From the NCBI RefSeq assembly GCF_964355755.1, contig NC_092676.1:24818871-24882870 (forward strand): a stretch of DNA of 64,000 nt, read 5' to 3'. The notes beneath the pieces were generated by a model. The model was not told the DNA's origin. It saw nothing but the letters and a program-made list of their open reading frames with translations, and did not search any database. Within the stretch, counting starts at the first letter, position 1. Every line of letters begins with the position of its first letter. Source of the stretch: Antedon mediterranea. Lineage: Eukaryota > Animalia > Echinodermata. The position numbers were made by a program, and so were the translations under genes. Shown in pieces: positions 11,637 to 25,525 of this stretch.

Positions 11637-12720
11637 CTAAAATATAAAGGGTAATTTTTTTTTTACAATTTCTATATACATATTTTTTATTTAATTAATT
11701 TTTTTTCAAATTACTTTTAATTTTAAACAGGATTTATATATTCTGGTAATCAGATTACCACCAGTAAATAAATATCAGAAAGTTAAAATTACTGGTACAC
11801 AGTATTATTGTATACAGTATCTAAAAAAATGCAGTTCTTTTTTAATTTTTAAACTGTACAGTGTACTGTGTTTTTTGTTTTTTTTTAGTTTACCATGCAA
11901 ACATATTTAATAATAATATTTCTATTATTAAACACTGGGCTATGCAGAAATAAAAAAACTCAAGCCATTGTTAACAAATTATTTCTTTTTAAGCAATAAA
12001 GGATACTGTGCTTAATATGATGGTTTTACAATTTTTTTTGTGAACAAAAAAAAACAGGATATAGCAACTGGTATTGGATTATCATCCCAGGAAATGACAT
12101 CAAAATCCAAAGATTTTCAGTTTAAATGTTTTCAATTGGATGGAGTAATTTAATGATAAAATTACAATACTGTATACCAAGATTTAACATCTCGGTTATA
12201 ACTATTTCACCCCTAGTAACTATAGGTAGACCCCATTTATGGCTTTTAAAGTACCATTTTCGATATTTTTTTTTATTTGCCCAAACATCCCCAATATTTT
12301 TTTCTCAGAAATTTTACACCATAAAAAAACGTAATATTACTTATCATTCATTCACAACTGATCTCACTTTGGGCTTGGCAATTCAAACACTTCTTTTGTT
12401 GAGCAACACCTTTATATACAAATCATCTGACCTAATTTGACCTCTGCCTTTATTTGCATTTGAAACAGCTGATCAATAAAATGGTTCCAAAGCAGAGGCA
12501 TACATACAGAATTCTTGAAAAGAACAATTCCATAAACCAGAGGACTATGAATAAAGGTTTAGTAGGCCTATATTGGGATATAGGCTAGGCCTAGGTCGTG
12601 TGACTGATGGGTCAATTATTAATATAAATATTTAACACAGCAACAGCAACCAAAATAGACCAGAACCAAAAGGGCAGAAAGGTCACCTTCAATTCAATAA
12701 ATTTATGAGAAACACCCTAC

Positions 12721-12892
12721 CTCTATTCAAGAATTTCGATGATACATTTTCAAACGGTGACGGTTTCTTGCACTGTTGTTGTGGTGGGGTAGATGGTTTT
12801 AAAACTGGCATACATCTCCTTCGCTTTGGGGAAGCAGAAGGGCTGTGTAGTGGATCAAAATCTAGTGTCCGTTTCAAAGTAGCGCAAGCCAT
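12721..12892 (-). CDS. AKIRIN: Akirin exon 1
   Basis: [27 protein letters not shown] is the akirin N-terminus with the KRRRC NLS; G|gtaggg donor; four exons total 588 nt = 195 aa + stop. Confidence 0.96.
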
Positions 12893-14460
12893 TGTTTTGA
12901 AATAACACCGAAAAGAACGGACAGTTAAACGTTCCCTCTACCACTACAACCGAGGTTTATCCAAATAATTTATCCTTTAGCTCCACCTTAGATATATTAT
13001 CTAAACACTGATTCACACAAACTAGTATTTTATATCGTCTAAGGGCTTGATTTACAGGATTCTTCTCAGTCCTTCTATTTATCTTCGATGTCAACAGACC
13101 CACCGACAATTCAAAATGGCTGTGTTTCTCAATCAAGCAGCCTCGATTTCGATCTCAGATTCTATCAGCGTTCCATTAACTCCTGGGGGCGCTCTATCTA
13201 TAAATTATTTTACGGTGGCCTTGACTGACCTTACTCGAACTGAAAAATTAAATACTATTTAAATTTTGTTTGTATATATTGTCGTGAACAAAATTGATAT
13301 TTCAACCAGAAAAATGGATATAATTGTCTTGAGAAAACTGATATTTTTAATCCTTGATTATACTGGGAAAGTATTACTTCTTTCTAATTCTGATGGGAAC
13401 TTACTGGCCACCGTAACTAAATCAACTTTATACAGTAAAGTAATATCAGTATTTCTGAAATACCTTAGTAATATAATAATTATAGTACAGTTCTAAAAAA
13501 ATGTACAATATTTCTTTGTATTTTATTATTTTATTTTCATATATATTCTTTAAATTTTAAGAAAATAATTCTTATTCATAAATGTACTACACTAACATTA
13601 TAATTTAAGTCTAACTTACAAATTTGAATTATCAAATCTAATAAAATATATGCAAAATATAAAACTGGAATGTCTTGATAAAGCACTTATTTATGTCAGA
13701 ATGTCAACATGATTAAAAACATAGTAGGCCCTATCTTAGATTTATTTTTACAGCAATAGCCTCTTGATATGGGTAGACTTTCAGACGTACATTACTGCTA
13801 AATAAATACAAGTATTCCTGAGTAAGTTTCAATACAACAATTAATATAATACAGTTACTATTATTTTAAGTAATCTCTGTCAAACTATGTTCATCTACCT
13901 TTATTCTTTTTAAGTAAAAAAAATGTCTTTCACTGCATAAGTACCAACGCTAATGCACTTTCGCAATTTTAAAACATTCACCCGTTGCGCAGCGGTGATG
14001 GCGAGTGACCGTGGAAGTCTTATGCCCAGTTTTAGGTGCGAAGTGCAGTAGCGTCCAAAGACTAGCATATCGCAGTAATTTAAACTGTTGCAAAATGACT
14101 AACTAATTTACCAATATGATAAAAAATAATTAAGAAAATGTAATTTCAAATTCGATAAGCTTTTCTATATTGGAATATTTTTATACAAATATAAAACTAG
14201 TTATAGATATTGCACCTTCTTACTAGAATAAATGATAAATGAAAAATCAGTGTCCTATAACTAAACTGAATTTAACATGAATTAGTTGAAATGAAGTATA
14301 AACACAACTGGATTATATACCATGTTTATGTATGTATTTCATATGTATATAAATCATACTGTCAAATTATAGAAAAAGTGCTCATATTCGGAACATGATC
14401 TTATAATCGCGTCGAGCATAGCTCATCAGCGAAAGTTATGAATTTTAGTTGTATGAAAAA

Positions 14461-14531
14461 TGTCTATGGCGGGATTCGAACCTGCGACCTCTCGCTTACA
14501 GGGCGAGTATCATACCACTAGACCACAGACC
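14461..14531 (-). pseudogene. tRNA-like sequence (tRNA-Pro-like body, TGT in the anticodon position) followed by TTTTT
   Basis: GTCTGTGGTCTAGTGGTATGATACTCGC CCTGTAA GCGAGAGGTCGCAGGTTCGAATCCCGCCATAGAC: A box, B box and stems present; acceptor/D-arm spacing 2 nt short and C instead of U33. Confidence 0.6.
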
Positions 14532-14940
14532 CATATATGGTATTATCACAGATTTTCACCCACCAGATACATTCTCTCATACAACAAACACCCTCACAAT
14601 CATCAGTGGAGGCTTAACAACATGTATGCATAACATGTGATTTATGTGGTTTAATTTTTTTATCTGTAATTACAATATGCTAACCAAGCATTGTACGTCT
14701 TGTATTGTCAGCCAGTTATATTTTGTGAGCATAGGGAAAACAATGTCATGTTTACAGTACCTTATGATTGTAGTCATGACAATGAAGATTTTCTTATTAA
14801 ACACAAACAAAAACACCATTTTTCGACCCTATTTTTCATACCAATATAAAGAGTTTGTGTTGTAGAATACAAAGTTTAACAAGAAAAAAACTTGGTTTCA
14901 TTGGTATAGTAGAACGATAAATAATAGGACAAATTCTAAA

Positions 14941-15668
14941 TCATTTATCCTTTTTCTTTTCATTTGTATACTCTTGTTCATCATCTACATTCAAGTTACG
15001 ATTTAAAGGATATACTATCTGTAAGGCTATACCACAAGAGCCTAGAAAAATAGCAATGATGCTTGGACAATATACACTGTATTCCATTGCGACACCGCTC
15101 ACTAGCGGTGCCACAGTGCGCGATATGGACATCACAGAAGTTGTAAGGCCCAGAAGAGATCCTGTGTCAGACACACCGCCGCGTTGTATTCCGATATCCA
15201 CCGCGCAAACTCTAGATACTGAATTAAAAACGGATAGACAGGTTGAAAACATCATAAAATATAATAATGATGGTGACAAGGTCATAAGAATAAGAGTTAT
15301 AGTCATACCAATTGAGGAATGTTTAAATAAACGAGAAAGGTTATTGTAATACCGAACCACGTGCCCAACCATCATCCCAGACAGCGTACTGATCAAGCTA
15401 CCGTAAGAAATAATCCAACCGTTTATCTTTGGCGTCGTTTCGAATCGTTGCTCGAGTAACAACGTGAAATTACTCCGGAACATCATCATACAGAGACCGA
15501 GCAGGAAGCGTATCGCAAATAAATCGGGCTGTGTTTTTGCGATTTTCTTAAATGCGGAAAAGAAGCCCTTAATGTTGATGCTGTAATCATCGGTAGTAAA
15601 CTTTTCAATAGACGCTGTTCTTTTAACATGTTCCTTTGGTGATGATGACACAAAGAAGAAGACAAGAG
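14941..15668 (-). CDS. MFSD9: MFSD9-like MFS transporter, last exon
   Basis: ccatag|CT CTT GTC acceptor; C-terminal TM helices (DLFAIRFLLGLCMMMFRSNFTLLLEQRF...APLVSGVA); six exons total 1272 nt = 423 aa. Confidence 0.9.
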
Positions 15669-15764
15669 CTATGGTAAAATAAAAGAGTATAATTTAATTG
15701 CATTTGGTAATTATATAGTTTTCAGGAAACTGATTGGTAATATAATATCATAATAAGATCATGG

Positions 15765-16032
15765 ATTTATAAAGCGCCTTATGTTGTTAAACCTCTAAGC
15801 ACTGTACATATTATTACCCCAGTCATTTTTGGGTCAAACACGTATGGAAACATACTCCCATAATGCAGCTAGTAATCAGCCCAAAGTTGTGTCTTGACAT
15901 TAACAGGTACTTATTTGTACACTTGGGTGGAGAGAGGCAAACATAAGTAAAGTGTCTTGCCTAAGGATACAAGCAATGCAACGAACATTGGATTTGAATC
16001 AGTAGTCAAACACACTGCACCACATGCCCTTA
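15765..16032 (-). mobile_element. tRNA-derived SINE (CORE-like centre, L2-type tail), head partly deleted
   Basis: Homologous to 17016-17302; ggcaagacactttac...tgcctctctccacccaagtgtacaaat centre. Confidence 0.8.
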
Positions 16033-16077
16033 CAGTAGGTATGGTAATAAAAGTTTGAAATACTTTCTGAAACTCAC

Positions 16078-16287
16078 CTAAATTTACCATAAACGTGAGG
16101 AATGTCAGAAAACACACTCTACCAAAACGAGTTGAATCTTCAGCAATGTAACCACCGAGTACAGGCCCTATAATGAATCCTGCCGTGCTGATTGCATTGT
16201 AACGCCCAAACATCTCAGCACGCTGATGTGCTGGCGTGATGTCAGCTAACTGTGATTTTGCTAAAGACTGTGTTTGTTTAAATATGC
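16078..16287 (-). CDS. MFSD9: MFSD9-like exon 5
   Basis: ttcag| acceptor, |gtgagt donor; GIFKQTQSLAKSQLADITPAHQRAEMFGRYNAISTAGFIIGPVLGGYIAE (MFS motif C). Confidence 0.92.
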
Positions 16288-16840
16288 CTGAAAGTAATAT
16301 AAAGATTAAAAGTTAGTCATGAATGCATAGAATTTAACATAGGCCCTATATTAGTTCGATAAACTGAGAACAATTTTATCTAAAAGACTTTATTATGAGA
16401 TAAAGAATCATCCAATTATTTAAATTTTAAATGAAATTGTAAAATATCCTCACTATTGTAACATTTTGCAAACAGTTTTATTGATAATTTGGGAATCATT
16501 TTAGAAATTTAATTTTTAAAATATTTTATTGCCTCTGTTTTAGTCACTATCTGATTTTGTTATATTCTGTTTGTATTCTGTATTTTCACTCCTTTTATCA
16601 TAAATGTACATATATTTTGGACTTAATTTGTTATGTTACTGTTTTTACATGCTTTAAAGAATTCTGTATGCATGTTTTAACCTTTTATTTTCTATAAACA
16701 TGACCAGGTGATACATCTATACAGTACCTGATATGTTTTTATCCTGTATAAATATGTTTTAAATAAGTAAAAATTAAAAAAAAAATAAATACAAAAATGT
16801 TTCCTATCTTGTTGGTATGAGAGACTTTTGTTGTACTAAC

Positions 16841-16970
16841 CTAGTGGTATTCTTGTTAACACTATCAATGTCACACTGTTTGTAATACCCATTAATCCAT
16901 AGGAAACACCAGTAATTAAAATACACCAGAACAATACACGATGATGACCAAATATATCACTAAACCTACC
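16841..16970 (-). CDS. MFSD9: MFSD9-like exon 4
   Basis: GRFSDIFGHHRVLFWCILITGVSYGLMGITNSVTLIVLTRIPL contains MFS motif A (GxxSDxxG); AG/GT sites present. Confidence 0.92.
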
Positions 16971-17015
16971 CTGTTAAAGAAAAACAACTGTAATTAATAA
17001 AAAATAATATCCTGA

Positions 17016-17302
17016 ATTTATATAGTGCCTAATGTTGTGAAAACTCTAAGCCCTGAACATTATTACTCCGGTCATTTTTTGCATCAAACACGTATGGAAA
17101 CATACTCTCATAATGCAGCTAGTAATCAGTGCAAAATTGTGTCTTGATCTAACCGGGTACCCATTTATACACCTGGGTGGAAAGAGGCAAACGTAAGTAA
17201 AGTATGTTGTCTAAGTATACAAGCAATGCGGCAGAGTTGGATTTGAACCGCGATCTCACGATCAGTAGTCCAACGTCTAACACACTGCGCCACACACCCT
17301 TA
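17016..17302 (-). mobile_element. Full-length tRNA-derived SINE
   Basis: Head GGGTGTGTGGCGCAGTGTG...GGTTCAAATCC (A/B boxes), centre ccacccaggtgtataaatgggtacc, tail ttaggcactatataaat. Confidence 0.85.
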
Positions 17303-17311
17303 CGACAGTAC

Positions 17312-17454
17312 CAGTGGCGTAACGAATGAGTGCTTACTGGCTAAACCCAGGGCCCCCTACATGAGCAGCCCCAATACAACTAGCCAGCGTTGGAGGGCAC
17401 TTCAGGAATGCTAAATCATAGACCTTTGTCACCTGTGTTAGTGTTACACCACTG
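17312..17454. mobile_element. hAT-type MITE
   Basis: TIR CAGTGGCGTAAC/GTTACACCACTG; 8-bp TSD gacagtac/aacagtac. Confidence 0.78.
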
Positions 17455-17600
17455 AACAGTACAAGGTAAGGGAACATGGTAAAATGTCCACGACACGAGA
17501 AGCTTACCAGCCTTATATTATAAATAAATAGGCGTGGACATGATAGTTGTCTTAGAAACACTGTAATCCCTTGCTTAAAATATTAATGAAAACCACTTAC

Positions 17601-17644
17601 AACCATTGGTCCTGAAAAGAACTGCAAAAAACCATAGACAGACA
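17601..17644 (-). CDS. MFSD9: MFSD9-like exon 3
   Basis: tcttag| acceptor, |gtaagt donor; MSVYGFLQFFSGPMV. Confidence 0.9.
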
Positions 17645-17771
17645 CTAAGATGAAATAAGAAAATATTTGTTTAATACAGTATAACAATTATATCTATTAA
17701 ATAAAATACAGTATGCAAATAAAAAATCATTTATTTTATAAAAATATTATTTTAAAATTTTTTTTACTTAC

Positions 17772-17859
17772 TAACTGCACCAACAACTCCTGGAGATGCT
17801 CCAATGCTTGACATATACTTTGTCAGATGAGGAATCAACATAGCAACTCCTAGAAAATC
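17772..17859 (-). CDS. MFSD9: MFSD9-like exon 2
   Basis: ttgtag| acceptor, |gtaagt donor; DFLGVAMLIPHLTKYMSSIGASPGVVGAV. Confidence 0.9.
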
Positions 17860-17919
17860 CTACAATACAAGATAATATGATGAAAATGTATACATACATA
17901 CATGATTCTTGTTACTAAC

Positions 17920-18705
17920 TTTAGGTAGGCCTAGTACTAGTAGTAGTAGATAGCTAGCTTAGTCAATACTAAACCTGCCTAAACTAGACTCTACCTAACT
18001 AGCTAGGCAGGCCTACCTACCTTAATTTATTAGGCCTCTAGACTAGTACGCCTAGCCTACAGTACGTCTATGACGTGTATAAACAAACCACTACTAGATT
18101 AGAGGCCTACTTATACTACTAACTCTATAGTATCAGACTAGGCTAAGGCTATGTATGGCCTAGCTAGTACAAGTAGTAGGCCTAGTATTACTACTACTAA
18201 CTCTAGGCTACACTGACTAGGCCTCTCCAAAAAGAGTAGGCCTAGGCCCCTCTACTTACTAGGCCTAGCCTAGGTAGGTAGGCCTACCTCTAGTCTTTTA
18301 TTAGAGAGGGTCAGCTAGCCTCCTTCCTTCTACTACTAGGCTAGTAGTACTAGCTAGCTGGTTAGTAGGTCTAGGCTAGGCCTATCTAGCCTATACAGTA
18401 GTATACTACTTCAGTGTTAGGGCCTGCTAGCCTTAGCTAGCTAGCTAGTACTAGTAGTAGTACTAGTAGTAGGCCGGCCCTAGCTAGCTAGGCTACTACC
18501 TACACACCTCCTCTATCTAATCTAACTAGGCTACTAGCTTAGGCCTAGGCAGGCCGGCCCTAGTATAAATAAAAAAGGTAGGCCTAGCCTAGGCCTAGTT
18601 AGGCTACTAGGCCTAGGCTAGTCTAGGCTAGGGCCTAGTATACTTTAGTAGTAGTAGCCTAACTAGCCGACCGGCTTTAATTTTTGGGTCGGCCCTATCT
18701 AGTTT
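17920..18705. repeat. CTAG/TAGGCCTA-rich low-complexity tract in MFSD9 intron 1
   Basis: Dense, non-periodic taggccta, ctagctag and tagtag words. Confidence 0.85.
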
Positions 18706-18794
18706 TAGAGGTATATGGGATAAACCAATTGTTTACGAATTGATCTGTATGTGTTTACGACGGAATTATTTAACAAAATAATGAACAACTTTAC

Positions 18795-18866
18795 CAGAAA
18801 TCCAACAATACACAAACAAATTTGCAGTTTATTCATTTTTGTTTTGTTGTCGCTGGTAGACGCCAT
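18795..18866 (-). CDS. MFSD9: MFSD9-like exon 1
   Basis: MASTSDNKTKMNKLQICLCIVGFL|gtaaag joins DFLGV to give VGFLD.GV.M..P, as recalled for MFSD9 TM1. Confidence 0.85.
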
Positions 18867-18906
18867 CTTGATTTGTTTTCATGTCTTGTTGGCCAATAGA
18901 TGGCGT
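18860..18906. promoter_or_regulatory. MFSD9 proximal promoter: YY1-like AAGATGGCG over the ATG and a CTCF-like/CCAAT site TGGCCAATAGATGGCGT
   Basis: Motif matches by eye at 18861-18869 (-) and 18890-18906 (+). Confidence 0.45.
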
Positions 18907-20034
18907 CTTTTGTTCTGGTTACCGCCAGTGAATTTCATTTCTTGCAAAGCTGCTCCTCCGAAAGCAAAAATGAAGCACCCCCTCGTAGGTTTGTTTTATG
19001 TGAATCCCAAAAAATATTCGATTAAAAATCTCTGAACTTGTAATGTACGAATTGTACGTGAAAATGTATCTGATCATTTTCCTTGTGGTGTTACGAAAGA
19101 GGTTTATTAACCTACAAAAGATGACATGTTTATACACCAGTAATAAATTATATAGCTGATAATTCGATGTGATATTTTAAATCCAGTTAAAGCTTAAGTT
19201 CATCCATTGAGATGAAAATAAAAATACAGTAATGTGAAAATATACGAGCATCTCATGTAATAATGAAGTACTGTACTCTGATGCAGAGACACAATAACAA
19301 AGTTTCATTAACTGCGTTTTTGCAAATATGGTCGGATATATTATAGTTGATCTGAAATGATAGTTTTTGACAAAGACGGACATTATACCGAAATCGAATT
19401 ATTAATGAATGCATTTCATTAAAATGAGAAGAATCTCTTGTTAAGCTATGCTCAGACGTTCAGTCTAGTCGATGAAATTCAAATGCTTCATGCATGCAGT
19501 ATACCTAAGAGTAATTAGTCACGTGATACATCTATTGATGCATGCTGGACATAATAATTATAGTAGTATCGTCAAGTTTAGCAAAGTTGAACACACGGTG
19601 AAGCACCACGCGCGCATACAAAATGTATTGTATGTCTGAACGCCGCCGCCTACCGAAATCTGTGAAAACAATATAATATAATACGATGATATAATAATAC
19701 CAATTTTCCAGATTAATTTCTTGAATTATGAAAACGGCGCGCGGTTAAAAAAATCTGTGAAATATAATACAACATACGGGTTATTTTGCTGTAATACTTA
19801 TATTTCATTGTTCATTCCCGCTGTATAATTAGTCATCTCATAGCTTTGTGTTTGTAAACTGTTATTGTATAAGCAAGGAGTTGTAATTCCTAACTATATA
19901 AGTAACAAGACAATGGATTTTATTGTGGGCGATAAAAACGCACAACGCGTTACAGAATAAAATAATAGGCCTATATATATAGAAACGGGGGGACAACAGA
20001 TCTGTTTTGTTGTTGGAAGAATATGAGGATATTC

Positions 20035-20480
<446 letters not shown>

Positions 20481-22997
20481 GGATTAAGCATGAGGCACGA
20501 TGGGATGGGTGATGCAACGATAATAAATGGGATGAATCAGGTTATTTTATAATATTACTAATACTAATGATAAGAAGATGTTAGTAATTATGATGAAGAT
20601 GATGAATTTATATATTAGTGATTTAAGACAAATATTTCAGAAATAAATGTCAACTTTGTTATCATCACGTGACAGATTTAATTAATCTGTTTGAAGCGTC
20701 ATGACTATTGTATTTCGATTTCAACATATTTTACATGTCATGATTATGCATTAAAATGTTAGAATATAGAGAGTCGACGTTCGCATCTCTATTACGTCGA
20801 CAAATTAAATCCAATCATTCATTATTTTTATTTCTGTATCTTCAATTTCGTCACCCGGATTCTTAATTATATATCAATCGCCTTTCGTCTAATGAGAAGG
20901 TAACAATCGAAGAATGCTTCATGCGTGATGTCATCATTACGTCATCCACGAACGTCATACTCAATAGCATTAGAGTACGCTTCAAATGCGACTATTATAC
21001 AAAATCTATTGAATCCCGGAAAATCACTCCGTGTCTGTTGTTTTGCGCTGAGAGAAACCTTAGCAACGTATGTAATGATTATTTATTGTCGGTAGACATT
21101 ATAAAAAAAATTTAATTAATTTTAAAATACCAACAATATTCATCATTTATAATTGTCATCGGCATCATCACATCATATCATTAGTAGACCTATACGAATT
21201 ATTTTTTTCAGACATCAAAGTAGGGTAAAACATCCAATTAACTATCCATATTATTATTATAATTTAATATTATCACCAACAAACTAGAAGATTGTTTTTA
21301 TTATTTGTTATCGTATTATTTATATTCTTTTTTATAGTAAAACTCTGAAATTAATATAATCATTTTATCACTACATTCATTCAACAATAATATAATTATC
21401 ATTATCCATATTATTATTTATTAATATTATCTTTTTGAGATAGCCAACACTATGTTCATCATTATTCTTGCGCAATCATAATCAAGATTATCATTTTCTT
21501 CATCATTTCACCAATACCCAGCACATAACATCAATCGCAATTTCTCAATCTTCAATCAATGATGTCATCAATAATTATTCTTTAATATTTGATTACCAAT
21601 TCAATACGAGTCAATTGTTTTGGTTTTGCGGTTGTCATGGCAACTATGTCGTGTACGTCTCAATAAAGAGAACATTTTAACTTTGCGTCAAAAAATGAGT
21701 CCACAGTACTCTCGTTACACAGAAAGAAATCATTAGGCCTACTTTAGGCGTGCAAACGTAAATAATGTCTTTAAACAAAATAAGTGCCACGCTGACATTA
21801 CTTGATAGTGACATTTTTGTACACGCGCTCGTCAACTGTGTTAGGTGTCTATTTCTCGTTTTCTCGTGTCACGTAGTCGATTTGTAAATTGTTTCTTACT
21901 TATTTTATAGCAAGAAACTGAATTAATTAGGGTCCCATAAAGATGAGTACCTAGCCGGCCTTAGTACCGTGCCTTCCACGGTACTTCGTTGTTGCTCTCT
22001 TTACTCCGTTAGTCTCTGAGAGAGAAAGGCCTGTACTAAAAAAAAAAACTAAAACAGTGCCGATGTATCTATTTATCAATCTATGTAACTTTTTCATTAT
22101 AATTATCAATAACCAATAGTAGAAAACTAATCAAACTGCCATTCAGAGCAGTATACAGTATTTTGCCTATGGAACAATGTTGTGTTTAGCCTACAGTACT
22201 AACGTACCATCTTTTATAGACTTGCCATAAGTAGTCTGTAGGTCTATTTATTGTCTTTTTTTATGCGAGTCCACCACACCAGTCGGTGTTTCGATTGCCT
22301 GTCTAAATATATGAACTCATGTATTATACGCATGAAAGGCCATATGTGCAAAAACACCTAACTTTTTATTACTAATTTCGGTGTAGAACCTAGACTACAT
22401 TTTTTATTACGATATTAGGTCCTGGCCATGGAGGTATGATGTTATACCTCCATGGTCCTGGACGCATACACAATTTTAATTCTTCAACTTATATTTTCTG
22501 AGTTTTTTTATTTCACGAATGTTCTATTGCAGATGTGTAATTCATTGACCGGTGTGTTTCTGATCATTATGTGTCAATATTTAATTCATCTACCGTTGAC
22601 ACGGTATGTCAGTGATAAAACGATTTACGATTCCCGTACGTATGGCGTACTTACAAAGAGCATTATTTGACGTACATTGCGCCATTCGCCATTTAATTTA
22701 GTTTTATCCGTATTAAATTATTCAGTTCATACAACTAGCGTGTATAGTGTTTATGTCATATTCTTCCTGAGAAAACAATGAATTATCAGAGTTCAAATAT
22801 TTCTAGGCGTTTGAAATATACGTTTGACCTACACAACAAGAAGAGTATCTATCGGTATAATGAAATGATATTGTATTATATGCATTTGCCATGGACCCGT
22901 GGTGGAATATACTAACTAGCCGATTCTCGGTTATACAGGCCTACAGTATTTAAATGTGTGCAATATCATAGAAAAAATTATGCGAAACATAATGTAA

Positions 22998-23317
22998 AGC
23001 TTTGTCTACACTATCACACTTTATGTGACAAAACGACAGGCTTAATTCTAAACACAATCTGATCAGCAAAAAGGAAATATATCTCAAAAATTGTAAAATG
23101 TTGACAATAAATTAGACTTGTATCTTGTATCTGGCAATATAGCGGCAATATAGATCTATACTATTTAATAATAGTTGGCTTAACTCTTTCAACACAATCA
23201 AACCTTATGTAACAACAAATGTGATGTGCCCATATATGGACATGATGACGTCATACCACTACCATAGTTGGGCACATCACACATTGTTGTGAATAGTTTG
23301 ATAGTGTAGACAGAGCT
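22998..23317. mobile_element. Harbinger MITE H1 copy with an internal insertion
   Basis: Both TIRs, TAA/TAA TSD, ~180 bp unrelated insert including an aataaa...(cttgtat)n tail. Confidence 0.75.
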
Positions 23318-23490
23318 TAAACTAAAGTCTTTATCTAATATAGACCAACCTACGCAACGTTACCTAACCTTCCATAAATGGTACAGGCACCACATGTGAA
23401 CACACACGAGATCTGCACTGTAGAAGTTTATGATACCAGGGAAAAGTGAAATGTTCTCTGATGATACTGACAAAAAATGTACCATGTAAA

Positions 23491-23673
23491 GGGCCTTTCA
23501 CATCTGCTCCGACACGGTTCCGGTCCGGCGACGGCAAATCCAATCGTCCAATCAGTTTAATACGCGGCTACGCGCATATCGAATGGTGTATAGCCGCGTG
23601 AAGCGTCGTGAAAACAAACATTGGGGTTCGAGTCGCCGTACCGTAACCGTGCCGGAACAGGTGTGAAAGACCC
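23491..23673. mobile_element. Harbinger-like MITE family H2
   Basis: TIR GGGCCTTTCACATCTGCTCCGACACGGTT / AACCGTGCCGGAACAGGTGTGAAAGACCC; inner palindrome acgcggcta...tagccgcgt. Confidence 0.75.
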
Positions 23674-25391
23674 TAATCGGCTCTACTAATAGAGGTATAT
23701 ATGTATTACCGTGAGTTTATGTAAAAAGTAACTATGGAAAAATGATATTTTAATATGATATCGTAGCTTTTGTGTGCTTTCAACAATTTGATTGAAACAA
23801 GTTCTAGTTGAATTGCAAAAAAATGAAATTGAAAACGATAACGTCTAGGTCATCAAGAAATAGCATATAAATGGCATTATTATTTATTAGATAGGCCTAG
23901 ATAAGATTCAAAGAAATATTATCCATTTGGTCGACACTGATAGTTTATAATTTTACTGAAAGACCGTTTTTTGTGTGTGTATATTATGTCCTCAAGAAAT
24001 ACAAAATTAATAGCAGAGTTTGAGTACCGCAGTAGACACAGAGACGACGCAACGCTTCGGGTTATGTGAGTCCGTATTAATCTTTATGATACTGTGGGTT
24101 ACGTCATTTTGCATTTTGTTAGCCAGCAGTGAATTGATCGTTGAATGGTGGTTACAAGATGGTCAAATCGAAGAAACTTCGGCGCCTAATCCGTATTGGT
24201 TTGCTGTCATAAAGCGTATGCTTAACAAAAAAGAATTTCGATTTTTTGTATTCGTCAAACACGTAAAAAAACATTGAAAATGTCAACAGAGAACACATTC
24301 ACATCATATATGACACATTCATAAGCTTAAATTTAGAAATCGCTGCAGTTAGGTTAGGATAAACATTCTAGTAGTCGCAAGAGGCCCGATGAAAAGTCGG
24401 GGGGGGGGGGGGGTTCTTTATACTGATATAGGGGTCTACAGCATACCCCCTCCTTGTTGTGACTCTAGTTTTTCGTTTCCATACGGTACGGTCTAAATTT
24501 CCAACTAACATAATCCTACGTCTCAAAGTATACTGATATCTGGATCGACTTTCGTGATCTAATTTAAAAACAATTGAAATCCTTCAAACACGATACCTGC
24601 ATCATTGTGACGGTCGATATTTTCATCAACGAAATGCAGAGGGTGGGTAAATACGGAATGTGTAACATTTTTTTTAACGTAAGAGCGGTCGTTAGCCACT
24701 TGTAAATTCCTCCAACTTAAGGAAACGTCGTCGTGGATCGCGGAGGAAACGGGAATAATTCGGTCGCTTTGATCACACGACGCGTATTATTCTTCCGCAA
24801 TACGTACGACGCGAGTGTATATGCGTCGTGGGTATACATGACAGATGTGACCAAAACGTGACTATACAGCATCGCGGATACGACGCGGAATTCAACCTCT
24901 TACATTTCAATTTTCACTTTCAATCATAACCTAATTGATAGTTTTTATCACAGGAAGCTTCTGAGTTTTATGAATTACTTAGGGAATGTTTACTAATCAT
25001 CAGAACAGCAGAAAGTCACAGGTTTCTCATGAAAAACTCGACAAAACATTCTTTTGTTTTAAGTTCACGGTATGTTTGGTGACGTGAATCCCCTTTGAAG
25101 ATCAAATCAGTTAAAGAAAGAAAACTATAGGCTACGGTTGATACATGTTCTACCCACCATGTGGGTCCTGTAGCTAAAATACTTGGGGTCCGAACCGTCC
25201 CTTGTCGGATCCTGGCTACGGCCCTTGTATACTAGGCCTATAACATACATATTTTTTTGCTGTTGGTCTGTACGTGATTATCTTTCACGACCATTTTACA
25301 GGGTGCGGTTATTTTCCGGGTAATAAAAAAACACTTAACCTTGATATTGATAGTGTCACAAGGCATTCATTGACAATGAAACCACAAAAGG

Positions 25392-25525
25392 GACGCGCGC
25401 GTTGAAACGATGATAATATGGTACATATTTTGTACGCGCGCGTTAAAACGATGATAATATGGTACATATTTTGTACGCGCGCGTTAAAAAAGGCCAGTAA
25501 TAATGGTACGCTTTTTGTACGCACC
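25392..25525. repeat. ~41-bp CpG-rich tandem units (gtacgcgcgcgttaaaacgatgataatatggtac)
   Basis: About 3 units; related units in reverse orientation at 63770-63990. Confidence 0.75.

Noticed and set aside
11318-15349. Plus-strand ORFs overlapping akirin and MFSD9 exons
   Set aside because: Antisense shadows of real coding exons
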